From: the human T2T-CHM13v2.0 reference genome, Homo sapiens
DNA length: 64,000 bases
NCBI RefSeq assembly: GCF_009914755.1
Contig: NC_060926.1
Direction: 5' to 3' (one strand)
The notes under the pieces: model-generated
What the model was told of the DNA's origin: nothing
The model's database searches: none
The model's input: the letters and a program-made list of their open reading frames with translations, nothing else
Part shown: positions 40,114 through 54,950 of the stretch, piece after piece
Numbering within the stretch: the stretch's first letter is position 1
Layout of the letters: the number at the start of each line of letters is the position of its first letter
Program-made: the position numbers and the translations under genes

Positions 40114-41740
40114 GTGACCTAACATCATGATGACACCACTACTGGCTTTGGGATTTTTTTTTGTTATTTTCACCGTGATCCAGCAAAAGCTGAGAGGTTT
40201 CCCTGTAGACTGACAGCCTTTTCATTTGGAGCCACGAGCCTGCTGTGGTTGGGCGTGAACTAGGATGGAGGGGCAGGCATGGATGAAGGGCGGGTTGGGG
40301 TGGTATTCTTGAAACAGTCATCTGTGGGGTGGTTAGACTGTGCCTGGGGGAAGTCTGTGCTCTTACAAAATGAGGCTGTACTCACGGTGCTTGCACGCGG
40401 CCTTCCTTGTGTGTGCTTATCATTTGTCCTCACCACCCACATGACAGCACCAGACTTATGAGATGCCTTAAACACTAAAAAGATTATGATGCCCTTCTTT
40501 CAATTACAAATAAACACAATATTTAAGTATAAGATTATGTTTAAGAAAGTCTTTATCAAATATAAGATTTTTAAAACAATTGCTTCTTCTCTTTGAGTGG
40601 TTGATGGATGTTCTCACCCCATTGGTGTGTGAAGCAAAGGTTTGCCCACCATGCTTGATAACATAGCACAATGTATGTGTGTGTGTGAGTGAAATGTTGT
40701 TCTTTCATAAACCAGCGTTAAACTCAGAGCTGTTCAAAGACAGCATGCTGCTGAATGTAGGATGTAGAGCATCAGGCTGCAAGGGGCAGAGGGTGACCTC
40801 TATGAAAAGCCTGGGCTCTTTGCAATCTACAACTATGAGATCCTGGGGGATTTGTCCCTGGGCATTGCCTGTGGGGACAATCCCACACCACTTTAAAAAT
40901 TGTTCCAAGGAAAGCCTTTGTTCACCTGACATAGCAGCCTCAGAGTGCAACGCAGATGCTGTCTGCAGGGCACAGGGATTTAAGGTGGGATATGGAGAAC
41001 ACCTTTTCCACATAGAATTGCAGGGGGGTTTAGGTGGGCTAAAAGTAATGACCTACCTGTGAATCTGACAGGAGCACCAGGGTTAATGTCACCCTCCTTG
41101 TTGAGAATGTCCTTTTGAAATATGTTCTAGGGTATTGCTCCTGTCCTATTAATTATGTAACAAATTTAGCAAAGCTGAATAATTAATGATCATGGGGCAC
41201 TTGGAACTATAAAATGTCATGTAAATGTTAAGGAGTAAAAATTACTCTGGTGTTAGATAGATGTGCTGCTTTAAAAATGTTCCACGCTGGGAAGGTTAAC
41301 TTCTAGAAGAGCTGAAAAGCTTCCTGTTGGGCTTTCCTCAGAAACTTAGGCTGTCTTGCCCTAACCACATTTTAGGAAATTCAGATTTCTGCATTCTGGA
41401 GTCTTTGGAAGGCAAATGGCTAGCCAGCATTTTTAGCTCTGGAAATGAAGTTACCTCCCGCTCCTGGATTTTGGTAAAAATCGTGTCTGTTGATTCCCTC
41501 TAGCCGGAGGCAGTTTGGGCCCAAAACCAAGGAAGAGGTGAAGATCATTGAGCACCAAACACAGACCCTGCGGCTGATGCCCCACCTGGCCACAGCCTTG
41601 GCCCTGACCTTCGTCAGCAGGTGAGATGGCTCTCAGGGTTTGCTCTCTTAGGGTAAGTGTGATACCCTGGCATGAGTAAGAATTCAGAGCAGCAGGCACA
41701 GGATGTCATTTTCTAACTGTGATCAGGAAAGAGTCTGTTG

Positions 41741-41822
41741 TTAAAATCGGATGCCCAGGTTAAAAGCATCCTTGGATGCTTAAACCACTGCAAATGTTTT
41801 TAACCTGGACATCTGATTTTAA
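41741..41822. repeat. 82-bp inverted repeat (29-bp arms, 24-nt spacer)
   Basis: 41741-41769 versus the reverse complement of 41794-41822: 26/29 identical. Confidence 0.85.
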
Positions 41823-42134
41823 AGGATGCCAAGGTCCAAATCTTGATTGTCTCTATATTCAGATGAATGGAAGCCACAGAGACTTTGAGAAGGCAGGAGC
41901 CAATGTTTCTCCAGAGTTTTCAAAAGTAGCAGACTTGAACAGTTAAAAGTTCTTTATTTCTGATAAAGGTTCTAATTTACAGTAAAGTTTTCAAAAATAC
42001 GTCCAGGTGTGTGTGTATTTGGTGGGGGTACAGGGGAGGCAGGGAGTGAGGAGCTTTGAATAAAACATGTACCATAAGTACACCTGGAAATTCACATTCT
42101 ACCACAGGCTTTCATTTCTGCCTCTCAGCTATTC

Positions 42135-42290
42135 CTCCCCAAGTGCTAGGCCATTGTCCAGCACTTGTGTGTCGTGTTATCATCATCCCCGCATTATAAA
42201 GATAAGAAACTTAAGATTTATCTCAGATCACAGAGCCTAGAAGTAGTGGACTGGGAGTGGAGCTCCAAACTCTGGGCCCTATTCTGTGTT
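42135..42290 (-). mobile_element. MIR fragment
   Basis: ATCATCCCCGCATTATAAAGATAAGAAACTTAAG...AGATCACAGAGCCTAGAAGTAGTGGACTGGGA. Confidence 0.6.
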
Positions 42291-43764
42291 CTTTCCTCCC
42301 TCCATAAGCAATTTTGCTTCTCAGTGTTAACTCCAATCATTCATTTCTGAATAATTTAGAATTGGCTTATGTTTGAAATTTAACATGCTGATGGGGAAGC
42401 TAGTGCCAGGGTTTATAAAAGGATGGTAATCAGAGAGCCCTTGGCATATCTAGTGTGCTGCTGACTATGGATTGCCCAGGCGTCGCTGGCATGGCGGGGA
42501 GGGATTGGATGGGTGCACCTGTGTTCTTATTGTACACAAGACTGGCAAGTGGAATGCCAGTGTTCCAAGGTGCAAGGACACTGAACCCTGCAGGCTGAGC
42601 TGCAGGTAACAACAGTAAGATCCATCCATGCCACCTGGAAGAAAATTAAAAGCACTTGCTTCCACCGTCTCTTACCTAAAATGTTTCTGAATGGTTTTTT
42701 TGAGGTTTAATTTGCATACAGTGAAATGCATAGATTTTAGTTTTTAGTGGAGTGAGTTTTGACGCACATATACTCTTCTCGTGTAATAAACACTAAAGCC
42801 AAATACAAAACATTTCCATCATCCCCAAAAGTTCCCTCTGGCCCCTTTGCAGTTGACCCTCACCTCTCCACCACAGCAGAGCCAGTTTTCTGATTTCTAT
42901 TCCCAATAGCTTAGTTTTGCCTGTTCTTGAACTTGATGTAAATGGAATCATACCATATGTATTCTTTAGTGTCCAATTTATTTCATTCAACAGAAGGTCT
43001 TGATGTTCCTCAATGTTGTGGATAGTTTATTTTTATTGCTGAATAGTAACATGAAATGACTAAACTGCAATTAGTTTATCTCTTCTACTGATGGACATTT
43101 GAATTGTTTCCAGGCTGTAGTTACTATGAAAAAGGCAAAGTGAATATTCTTGTACAAGTGTTTCATTTTTCTTAGAATAAATACCTAGAGAGGACTTGCT
43201 GGATAATTAGGTAAATGTATTTTTAACTTTATAAGAAATTGCCAGTTTTTCAAAGAAGTGGTACTGTTTTACAGGCCCTCAAGCAACATGTGAGAGTTTC
43301 AGTTGTTCTTCATCCTGACCAACATTTGTTTCAGTTCTTTCTTAATCATATTCACACTAGTAGGCATGAAATGTTGTCACATTGCTGTTTAAATTTACAC
43401 TTATCTGGTGGCCGTCGACATTGAGTACTTTTTCATGTGCACATTGGCCATTGTATATCTTCTCTGTGAAAGATCTATTTAAATCTCTTGCATATTTTTC
43501 TAAATTGACTTGTTTATCTTATTGTTATTGACTTATAAGAGTTTATTTATAACAAAAACAAGCACTTACTTATTTTAAATATTTTTGGTCAGTGTGGATT
43601 TTGCCTTTTTATTTTCTTAATAATGTTATTTGGGGGAGCAGAAAATTTTAATACTGCTTAAGTCTAATTTATCCTTTTCTTGTTTTATGATTATTGCTTT
43701 CTGTGTCTTTTCTAAGACATTGCTATAACTGTAACTTAATAGTAAGTCCTGAAATCAGGTGGTA

Positions 43765-46700
43765 GGTCTGACCTTACAGAAATAAAAAGGAATATAAGAG
43801 AATACTATGAACAATAGTATGCAACAAAATATACAAAACCTATATGAAATGGATGAAGTCCTAGAAGGAAACAAACTACCAAAATATAATAAAGAATACA
43901 TAGAAAATTCTAATAAACCAATCACAGGATATTAGGTAAATAATTTTAAAACTTCCCACAATGAAAATCCCAGGCCTAAACAGCTTTAATAGTGAATTCC
44001 ACCAAACATTTAAATAAGAATTAATATCAGTCCTCCACAAACTCTTCCAAAACATAGAAGAGGAAGGAACACTTCCCAACTTATCCCATGTGGCCAGTAT
44101 TACTCAATACCAAAATAAGGCAAAGACATTAGAAGAAAACTATAGAGCAATATCACTTATGAATATAGAGGTAAAAACCCTTAACAAAATACTAGTAAAC
44201 TTAATCCAGCAACATATAAAAAGGAGTATACACCATGACCAAGTGAGATTTATCCCAGGAATGCAAGGTTGGTTTAACATATCAAAAACAACATACTACA
44301 CTGTGTTAATAGAATATGTGAAAAAAAACATGATCATCCCCATAGATGCAGAAAAAGTATTTGACAGAATCAAGTACCTTTTCATGATAAAAACGCTCAA
44401 CAAACTAGGTATATAAGAAAACTTTCTTTACCCGATTAAAGTCATCTGTGAAAAACCCACAGTTAACATCATATGTAATGGTGAAAGATTGAATGCTCTC
44501 TCCCTAAGATTAGGAACAAAACAAGGATATCTAATTTTTCCATGTCTATTTAACATCATGTTGAGGTTCTAGTCAAGACAATTAGGCAAGGAAAATAATA
44601 AAAGTCATGTAAACTGGAGACGAAGAAGTAAGCTATCCCTATTTGCAGATGATGTGCCTTCATATATAGAAAATCTTACAGAATCCACTAAAAATTTATT
44701 AGAAATGACATGTTCAGCAAGACTGCAGGATAGATCAACAAATAAAAATCAATTGTATTTCTATAGACTAGCAATGAATAATCCAAAAATCAAAAAGAAT
44801 AAAATACTTAAGGATAAATTTAACAAAGAAGTTAAAGAAGATGTGAATATATGGAATATATGTTCATGGATCAGAAGATGTAATGTTGTTAAGGTGACTA
44901 TACTCCCTAAATTAATCTGTAGATATAAAGCAGTCTCTATCAAAATCCCAGAAACCTGATCTTTTTAGAAATTGACAAGCTGATCCTAAAATTTATGGAA
45001 ATATAAAGGAACCAGTATAGCCACAACAATCTTGAGAAAGAGTAACAAAGTTGGAAGGCTCACATTTCTCAATTCAGAAACTTAATATGAAGCTGCAGTA
45101 ATCAAGACAGTGTGGTACTGGCATTGGATAGATACACAGGTCAACAGAATTAAATCAAGAGACAGAAACACATCCCTAAATTTATGGCCAGTTTGTTTTT
45201 TACAAAGATGCTAAGACAATTCAATGAAAGAAAGAATACTCTTTTCAATAAATGGTGCTAGGACAACTGGATATTGATATGCAAAAAATGAAGTTGGACC
45301 CCTATACAGCAGTTAACTTAAAATGGAGCATAAGCCTAAATTTAAGACCTAAAACAATAAATCTCTTAGAGGAAAACAGGAGCAAATCTTTGCAACTGTA
45401 GGTTAGGCAGTGGTTTCTTAGATAGAATACCAAAAGCACAATTACAAAAGAAAAAAGTGTATACATTGGACTTCATAAGAGGTAAAAGATTTTTTGTGCT
45501 TAAAAAGTCACCATCAAGAAAGTGAAAGACAATCCACAGAATAGGAGAAAGTATTTTCAAATTATATATCTGGTATATACATCTGGACTTGTATCTAGAA
45601 CATACATGAATTCTTTCAATTCAACAATAAAATGACAAATAATCCAATTGAAAAATGGGCAAAGATCCAAAGACTTTCCTCCAAAGAAGATGTACAAATA
45701 ACCAATAAGCACATGAAAAAGTTCTAAAAGTCATTATTTGTCAAGGAAGTACAAATCAAAACAGCAATCAGATAAAACTTCACACCCACTAGGATGGCTA
45801 TAATGAAAAAGATGATAACAAGTGTTGACAAGTATGTGGTGAAATAGAAACCTCATACATTGCTGGTGGTAATGTAAAATGGTATAGTCGCTTTGGAAAA
45901 CAGCTTGGCAGTTCTCCAAAATATTAAACATGAAATTGCCATATATCTCAGCGCTTCTACTCCTAGGTATATACCCCACAGAAATGAAAACATATATGCA
46001 CACAAAAATGTGCACATGAGTGTTCTTAGTGACATTTTTTGTAATAATGAAAATGTGGAAAAAATCCAGATGTCCATAGATTGACAAATGGGTAAACAAA
46101 ATATGGCACATTCACAAAGTGGAATATTATTTGGCAATGAAAAAGAATGAAGTACTGATACATGTTATAACATGGATAAACCTTGAAAACATTATGCTAA
46201 GTGAAAGGAGCTACTCGCAAAAATCATGTGGTATAATTCCATTGATATGAAATTTCCAGAATAGTCAGAGTGATAGAGATGGAAACTAAATCAGTGGTTG
46301 CCAGGGACTGAGGGGTAAAGGAGGTGTATTTAGGCCAGTCTTGCATTGCTCTGAAGAAATACCTGAGGCTGGGTAATTAATGAAGAAAAGAGGTTTAGTT
46401 GGCTCATAATTCTGCAGGCTATACAAGCATGGCACAGGCATCTACTCTGCTTCTGGGTAGGTCTCCGGGAGCTTTTATTCATGGCAGAAGGTGAAGTAGG
46501 AGGAGGCACATCACATGGCGAAAGCAGGAGCAAGAGAGAGTAGGATAGGTACCACACACTTGAAACAATTAGATTTTGTGAGAACTCAGTACAGTGAGGA
46601 CACCACCAAGCCTGGAGGAATCCACCCCCGTGACCCAAATACCTCCCACCATGTCTCACCTCCAACATTGGGAATTACAATATGAGATGTGGAGGGGACA

Positions 46701-46915
46701 TCCAAACTATATCAGGAGAAAATGAGGAGTGATTGCTAATAGGTATAGGCTTTCTCTTTTGGGTGATGAAAATATTCTAAAATTAGATGGCAATGGTTGC
46801 ACAACTCCCTAAATATACTAGAAATCACTGAATTGTACACTTGAAAAATATGAATGCTGTGGTATGAGAAATATGTCTAATAAAGCTGTTGAGAAAGAGA
46901 GAGGAGGAAAAAAAA
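43765..46915 (+). mobile_element. 5'-truncated L1MB nested in the opposite orientation
   Basis: ORF2 peptides ([35 protein letters not shown]). 3' end AATAAAGCTGTT at 46879 plus A-rich tail. TSD GAAATCAGGT. Confidence 0.9.
46325..46714 (-). mobile_element. MSTB MaLR solo LTR inside the L1MB 3' UTR
   Basis: TGTATTTAGGCCAGTCTTGCATTGCT...GGGACATCCAAACTATATCA. TSD GGAGG/GGAGA. Confidence 0.9.
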
Positions 46916-47544
46916 GAAATCAGGTTATGTGAGTCTTCTAAGTATTTTTTTTCCCCTCGAAATTGTCTTGCTATTCTAGAGTCTTTGCAAGTCTGTTTAG
47001 ATTTATTTGTGATTGCATTGAATCTATAAAGCAATTTGGGCAGTATTGCATCTTTCAGATTAATGAAGATGATGTATCTCTTTGTTTATACAGGTGTTCA
47101 ATTTATCTAAGTAATGTTTTATAATTTACAGTGTAGAAATCTTGCACATTTTTCACTAAATGTAGTCAAAAGGCATTGATTTTTAATTTAATTCCCAATT
47201 ACTAATATTTTATAGAAATATAACTCATCATTGTGTACTGACCTGTATTATCACTAAATTTACTTATTAGTCATTTATTTGTAGACCATTTAGAATTTTC
47301 TACCTGCACAATAAATCAAATGTGAGTAAAGAGAGTTTTACTTATTTTTTCCAATATTTATTTCTTTTAATTTTTGTTTTGTTTTGATTTTGCCTTATTA
47401 CACTGGACAAAACCTTCAGTACAATATTGAGTAGCAGTGGTGAGATGGACATCCTATATTGTTCTTGACTTCAGGTGAAAATGCGTTCAGTATTTCACCA
47501 TTAACATGAATGTTCACTGCAGATTGTTATTGTCTTTCTTGTTT

Positions 47545-47832
47545 GTTTTAATTTTTGTGGGTATATAGTAGGTGTTACATAGTAGGTGTTACATTGCCGG
47601 TATTATATTTAAGGGGTACGTGAGATGTTTTAATGCAGACATGCAATTTGAAATAAGCACATCATAGAGAATAGAGTATCCATCCCCTCAAGCATTTATC
47701 CTTTGTGTTACAAACAATCCAATGACACTCTTTTAGTTATTTTAAAATGTACAATTAAGTTATTACTGACTATAGTCACCCTGTTTTGCTATTAAATAGT
47801 AGGTCTTATTCATTCTTTTTAACTATTTTTGT
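47545..47832 (-). mobile_element. L1MA (MA1-3-type) 3' end fragment
   Basis: TTTAATTTTTGTGGGTATATAGTAGGTG...GTATCCATCCCCTCAAGCATTTATCCTTTGTGTTACAAACAATCC. Contains a 14-bp tandem duplication at 47565-47592. Confidence 0.8.
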
Positions 47833-48010
47833 TGTTGTTGTTGATGCCCTTTATTAGACTGAGGAAATTCCCTTCAATTCCTAGTTGGCTGAGTGTTTTT
47901 TTCATGTATGTTCAATTTTGACACAATTTTTCTTTCTCTATTTAGATAGTCATGTGATTTTTCTCCTTCATTCTATTAAGAAATGAGTTACATTACTTTT
48001 CAAATTTTGA

Positions 48011-48476
<466 letters not shown>

Positions 48477-49019
48477 TAATGTTTTGATAAGGATTTTTTG
48501 TGTCTATGTTCATATGGAATATTGATTTTTAATTTTGGTGCTTGAAATTTCCTTGGAAGATTTTGATATCAGTGTTATATTGTCCTCATAAAAAAAATAG
48601 GAAAGTGATCTCTTCTCTATTTTTCTTAAGGAGTTTGTGTAAGATTGCTCTTATTTCTTCCTTAAATGCTTGATAGTATTTACTAAGATGGTATGGATAT
48701 GGGTTTTTTGTTTTTTTATTGGAAAGTTTTTAATGACTTTATTAATTTCTTTAACAAATGTGAGTCTTCAGTCTTGCCAATTTTTTCTCCTGTTTTGTTA
48801 CCCTGTATTTTTTGAGAAATTTGTTCACTTCTTCACTAATTTATAAACTATATGTGTTAATAATATTTCCTTATTATAATATTAATGACTGTAAGATCTG
48901 TGACAATGTCACTTCTTTTATTTGTAAAAGAAAACAATTTTTGTGGCTTCCTTTTTTTTTTCTTTTTCTCAGCCAATTTTGCTGGGTGTTTATCAGCTTA
49001 GTTAATCTTTTCAAATAAC

Positions 49020-52000
49020 CTGCTGGGTAAATAATGAAATTAAGGCAGAAATAAATAAGTTCTTTGAAACCAATGAGAGCAAAGACACAATGTCCCAGAA
49101 TCTCTGGGACACAGCTATAGCAATGTTTAGGGGGAAATTTATAGCACTAAATGCCCACAAGAGAAAGCAGGAAAGATCTAAAATCGACACACTAACATCA
49201 CAATTAAAAGAAGTAGAGAAGCAAGAGCAGACAAACTCAAAAGCTAGCAGAAGGCAAGAAATAACTAAGATCGGAACAGAACTGAAGGAGATACAGACAC
49301 GAAAAGCCTTTAAAAAATCAGTGAATCCAGGAGCTGGTTTTTTGAAAAAATTAACAAAATAGATAGACAGCTAGCCAGACTAATAAAGAAGAAAAGAAAA
49401 GAATCAAATAGACACAGTAAAAAATGATAAAGGGGATATCACCACTGATCCCACAGAAATACAAACTACCATCTGAGAATACTATAAACACCTCTACACA
49501 ATTAAACTAGAAAATCTAGAAGAAATGGATAAATTCCTGGACACATACACCCTCCCAAGTCTAAACCAGGAAGAAGTCGAATCCCTGGATAGACCAATAA
49601 CAAGTTCTGAAATTGAGGCAATAATTAATAGCCTAGCAACCAAAAAAACCCAGGACCAGACAGATTCACAGCCAAATTCTACCAGAGGTACAAAGAGGCG
49701 CTGGTACCATTCCTTCTGAAACTATTCCAAAAAATAGAAGAAGAGGGAATCCTCCCTAACTCATTTTATGAGGCCAGCATCATCCTGATACCAAAACTTA
49801 GCAGAGACACAACAAATAAAGAAAATTCGAGGCCAATATCCCTGATGAACATCGATGGAAAAATCCTCGATAAAATACTGGCAAACCGAATCCAGCAGCA
49901 CATCAAAAACCTTATCCATCACGATCAATTTGGCTTCATCCCTGGGATGCAAGGCTGGTTCAACATCAATCAATAAACATAATCCATCACATAAACCGAA
50001 CCAATGACAAAAACCACATGATTATCTCAATAGATGCAGAAAAGACCTTTGACAAAATTCAACACCCCTACATGCTAAATACTCTCAATAAACTAGGTAT
50101 CAGTGGAACATATCTCAAAAGAATAAGGGCTATCTATGACAAACCCACAGCCACTATCATACTGAATGGGCAAAAACTGGAAGCATTCCCTTTGAAAACC
50201 AGCACAAGACAAGGATGCCCTCTCTCACCACTCCTATTCAACATAGTATTGGGAGTTCTGGCCAGGGCCATCAGGCAAGAGAAAGAAATAAAGGGTATTC
50301 AAATAGGAAGAGAGGAAGTCAAATTGTCCCTGTTTGCAGATGACGTGATTGTATATGTAGAAAACCCCATAGTCTCAGCCCAAAATCTCCTTAAGCGTAT
50401 AAGCAACTTCAGCAAAGTCTCAGGATACAAAATCAATGTGCAAAAATCACAAGCATTCCTATACACCAATAATAGACAAACAGAGAACCAAATCATGAGT
50501 GAACTCCTATTCAAAATTGCTACAAAGAGAATAAAATACCTAGGAATCCAACTTACAAGGGATGTGAAGGACCTCTTCAAGGAGAACTACAAACTGCTGC
50601 TCAAGGAAATAAGAGAGGACACAATCAAATGGAAAAAACATTCCATGCTTATGTATAGGAAGAATCAATTTGTCGTGAAAATGGTCATACTGCCCAAAGT
50701 AGTTTATAGATTCAATGCTATCCCTATCAAGCTACCATTGACTTTCTTCACAGAATTAGAAAAAAACTACTTTAAATTTCATGTGGAACCAAAAAAGAGT
50801 CCGCATAGCCAAGACAATCCTAAGCGAAAAGAACAAAGCTGGAGGCATCACGCTACCTGACTTCAAACTATACTACAAGGCTACAGTAACCAAAATAGCA
50901 TGGTACTGGTACCAAAACAAATATATAGACCAGTGGAACAGAACAGAGGCCTCAGAAATAACACCACACATCTACAGTCATCTGATCTTTGACAAACCTG
51001 ACAAAAACAAGCAATAGGAAAAGGATTCCCTGTTTAATAAATGGTGTTGGGAAAAGTGGCTAGCCATATACAGAAAACTGAAACTGGACCCCTTCCTTAC
51101 ACCTTATGCAAAAATTAACTCAGGATGGATTAAAGACTTAAGACCTAAAACCATCAAAATCCTAGAAGACAACCTAGGCAATACCATTCAGGACATAGGC
51201 ACAGGCAAAGGCTTCATGACTAAAACACCAAAAGCAATGGCAACAAAAGCCAAAATTGACAAATGGGATCTAATTAAACTAAAGAGCTTCTGCACAGCAA
51301 AAGAAACTATCATCAGAGTGAACAGGCAACCTATATAATGAGAGACAATTTTTGCATTCTATCCATCTGACAAAGGGCTAATATGCAGAATACAAAGAAC
51401 TTAAACAAATTTAGAAGAAAAAAACAAACAGCCATATCAAAAAGTGGGTGAAGAATATGAACAGACACTTCTCAAAAGAAGACATTTATGCAGCCAACAA
51501 ACATATGAAAAAAAACTTCATTATCACTGGTCATTAGAGAAATGCAAATCAAAACCACAATGAGATACCATCTCACGCCAGTTAGAATGGTGATCATTAA
51601 AATGTCAGAAAACAACAGATGGTGGAGAGGATGTGGAGAAATAGGAATGCTTTTACACTGTTGGTGGGAGTGTAAATTAGTTCAACCATTGTAGAAGACA
51701 GTGTGGCAATTCCTCAAGGATCTAGAACCAGAAATACCATTTGACCCAGCAATCCCATTACTGGGTATATACCCAAAGGATTATAAGTCATTCTACTATA
51801 AAGACACATGCACAGGTATGTTTGTTACAGCATGTTCACAATATCAAAGACTTGGAACCAATCCAAATGCCCATCAATGATAGACTAGATAAAGGAAATG
51901 TGGCACATATACACCACAGACTACTATGCAGCCATGAAAAAGGATGAGCTCTTGTCCTTTGCAGGGACATGGATGAAGCTGGAAACCATCATTCTCAGCA

Positions 52001-52280
52001 AACTAACACAGGAACAGAAAACCAAACACCACATGTTCTCGCTCATAAGTGGGAGCTGAACAATGAGAACACATGGACACAGGGAGGGGAACATCACACA
52101 CCGGGGCCTGTTAGGGGGTGGGGGGGCAAGGGGAGGGATAGCATTAGGAGAAATACCTAATGTAGATGATGGGTTGATGGGTGCAGCAAAACACAATGGC
52201 ACATGTATATTTGTGTAACAAACCTGCATATTCTGCAGATGTACCCCAGAACTTAAACTATAATAGTAAAAAAAAAAAAA
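49020..52280 (+). mobile_element. 5'-truncated L1PA (L1PA7-like), ~3.26 kb
   Basis: High-identity ORF2. 3' UTR GGAGGGATAGCATTAGGAGAAATACCTAATGTAGATGATGGGTTGATGGG is L1PA7-type. Ends in poly-A. Confidence 0.95.
50018..50860 (+). pseudogene. L1 ORF2p reverse-transcriptase domain fragment (disabled)
   Basis: [36 protein letters not shown] and KYLGI motifs. Flanked by frameshifts; the element lacks promoter, ORF1 and EN. Confidence 0.92.
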
Positions 52281-52284
52281 TCAC

Positions 52285-54950
52285 ACTTTGTGTTGTATGG
52301 TTCTATAGGTTTTGACAAAGACACAGAGTTGTTCCATTCAGTATCAGACAAAATTGTCTACCACTTCAGTATCAAACAAAATTGTTCCACCTCCCACCAA
52401 ATTCCCTTGTGCTGTCTCTTTTTAGTTAACTTCTTCCCACAGTCTTACCCCAGCAACCTGTATTTTACACCTATAGTTTTTCCTTTTCTAGAATGTCATA
52501 CACACAGAATTGTAAAATATGTAGTCTTTTGGATATACCTTCTTTCACTTAACAAAATGAATTTCAGATTCATCCATGTCATTGTGTGAGTCAATATTTT
52601 CCTACTTTTTATTGCTGAGTAGTATTCGTAGTATTCCATTGTATAGATGTACCACAGGCTGTTTATCCATTTAACTAGGGAGGAACATGTAGGTTGTTTC
52701 TAGTTTTTACAATTATAAATAACTACTAAAAACTATTCTCAACAAGTTTTTGTGTGAATATAAGGTTTTGATTGACTAGGGCAAATACTTGTAAGTAGGA
52801 CTGGTAGGTCAAGTGGTAAGTGTATGTTTAACTTTATAAGAAATTGCTAACGTGTTTTCCAAAGTGGTTGTATCATTTTGTGTTTTCATCAGTGATGTAT
52901 AAGGGTGCAGTTGTCCTGCATCCTTGCCAGCCATTGTTATTGTCAGATTTTGTTTTGATTTTTATTTGTTTTCTGTCTTTCTGATAGTTGTCTCTAATAG
53001 TTTGTAGCTTTACATTTTTATAACACTAATAACTAATAATGTTTAGTGTCTTTTCATGTACTTATTTGCCATCTGTGTATCTTCTTTAGCAAAGTGTCCG
53101 TTCTGGTCTTTTATCAGTTTTTCAGTTGAGTTGTTTGTTTTCTTATTGTTGAGTGCAAGAGTTCTTTATAGGTTCTAAATAGACTTTTTGCATCATATTT
53201 TTATTTGCAAATGTTTTCTCCAAGTTTGTCACTTTTTAAAATTCTCTTAAGAGTGCCTTAATAAGAGCAATAGTTTTAAATTTTTGTTTGGTTCAACAGC
53301 TTTAAATTTTGATTTGTCTTGAAATTGGGTAGTGTCAGCTCTCTAATGTTCTTTTTTGAGAATTGTTTTGGCTATTCTTTTTTTTTGGCCTTTGCTTATA
53401 TATTTTAGAATCATCTTGTTAATCTCTACAAAAAAGATAGATGATGTTTTTCTTGGGATAGTATTGACTTAGAAATCAATTTGGGGATAGTCTGCCTATT
53501 AATATTGAGTCTTTCAATACATGAACACTGTATATCTTTTCATTTATTTAGGTCTTCTTTGAGTTCTGTTTTGAAGTTTCCAACATACAAACCCTACTCA
53601 TATTTTACTATGTTGATACCTAAGCATTTTACCTTTTTGAAGGTACAGTTGTTTATTTCTAATATGTAGGAATACTATTGACTTTAGTTCTAGGAGCTTT
53701 TGTTGGGTAGATTTTAATAAATATAGGACTTTTCAGATTACCTAATTTTTTGAGTGCTTTTCAAATTTATTTTATCTAATTTGTCAAATTTATGGCGATA
53801 GTGTTGGTTGTAACATTCCCTTTTCTTTTTAATGTCTGTGGGATCAGTGCGATTTCTCCCCTGAAATCCTGATGTTTTGTGTCCTCTTTCCTTATCCCCA
53901 CTGTTTTGTCTCTCTCACATCAGTTTGGATAGAGGCCTATCAATTTTGTTGCTTTTTCCATATTTTATGTGATTGATTTTCTCTATTTTTAATTTAAATT
54001 TCATTGCTATCTGCTCCAATCTTTATTTCTTTCCTTTTGCTTGCTTTAAGTTGCTCTCTCTTGCTCTCTCTCTCTCTCTGTGTCTCTATATATCCACCCC
54101 CCCCCCCCCTTTTTTTTTTGAGGCAGAGTCTTGCATTGTTTCCCAGGCTGGAGTGCAGTGGCGCCATCTCAGCTCACTTGCAAGCTCCACTTCCCGGGTT
54201 CACAACATTCTCCTGCCTCAGCCTCCCAAGTAGCTGGGACTACAGGTGCCTGCCACCACGTCCGGCTAACTTTTTGTACTTTTAGTAGAGTTGGGGTTTC
54301 ACCGTGTTAGCCAGGATGGTCTCAATCTCCTGACCTCGTGATCTGCCCGCCTTGGCCTCCCAAAGTACTAGGATTACAGGCATGAGCCACCGCGCCTGGC
54401 CTTCCACCCCCCTCTCTTAAGGTGAAAGGTTAGATTACTGCTTTGAGACATTGCTTCTTGCCTAATATAATCAATTCACACTAAAATTTCCTTTAAGCAT
54501 TGCTTTAGCTGCATCTTTCTCATTTTGACATGTTGCAATTTCAATTAGTTAAAAATAGTTTAAATTTCTCCTTAAGACTTCCCTTTCCACCCCCGAATTA
54601 TTTATAACTGCTGTCATGGTCCAATAACATCCTTTGTATGAATTTTATTCTTTGAAATTTATGGCTCAGTAAAAATAGTGTTCTATGTACACTTAAAAAG
54701 GATGTGTATTTTGTTGTGGTTGGGAGGAGAGTATTATAAATGTCAATTAGGTCAAGTTGGCTAATTGTGATCTGCAGATCATATATATCATTATTGGTTT
54801 TCTGCTTACGTGTTTTATCAATGACTGCAAGAAGGGGGTTGGCATTTCCAACTGTAATTATGAATTTGTTTATTTCTTCTTTCAGTTTTATCCATTTTTT
54901 CCTCAAGTATTTTGAAAGTTTTTTTTGGTTGTTGTTTTGGTGCATACACA
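52285..54950 (-). mobile_element. L1MC-type element (3' UTR to EN region, with deletions)
   Basis: CTTTGTGTTGTATGGTTCTATAGGTTTTGACAAA is L1MC 3' UTR-like. ORF 54598-54951(-) IITVGNANPLL...ISQLDLIDIYNTLLP...YTSFLSVH is L1 endonuclease. Confidence 0.85.
54110..54401 (-). mobile_element. AluY
   Basis: CACCGTGTTAGCCAGGATGGTCTC and TGCAAGCTCC are Y diagnostics. TCCACCCCCC flanks both sides. Confidence 0.92.

Noticed and set aside
42695-46915. Twin-priming inversion of a single L1
   Set aside because: Both orientations have their own 3' ends, and a TSD shows one element nested in the other.
50018-50860. 280-aa RT ORF as an active or domesticated reverse transcriptase
   Set aside because: It is an ordinary L1PA ORF2 segment between frameshifts in a 5'-truncated copy. 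An open stretch of this length is unremarkable.
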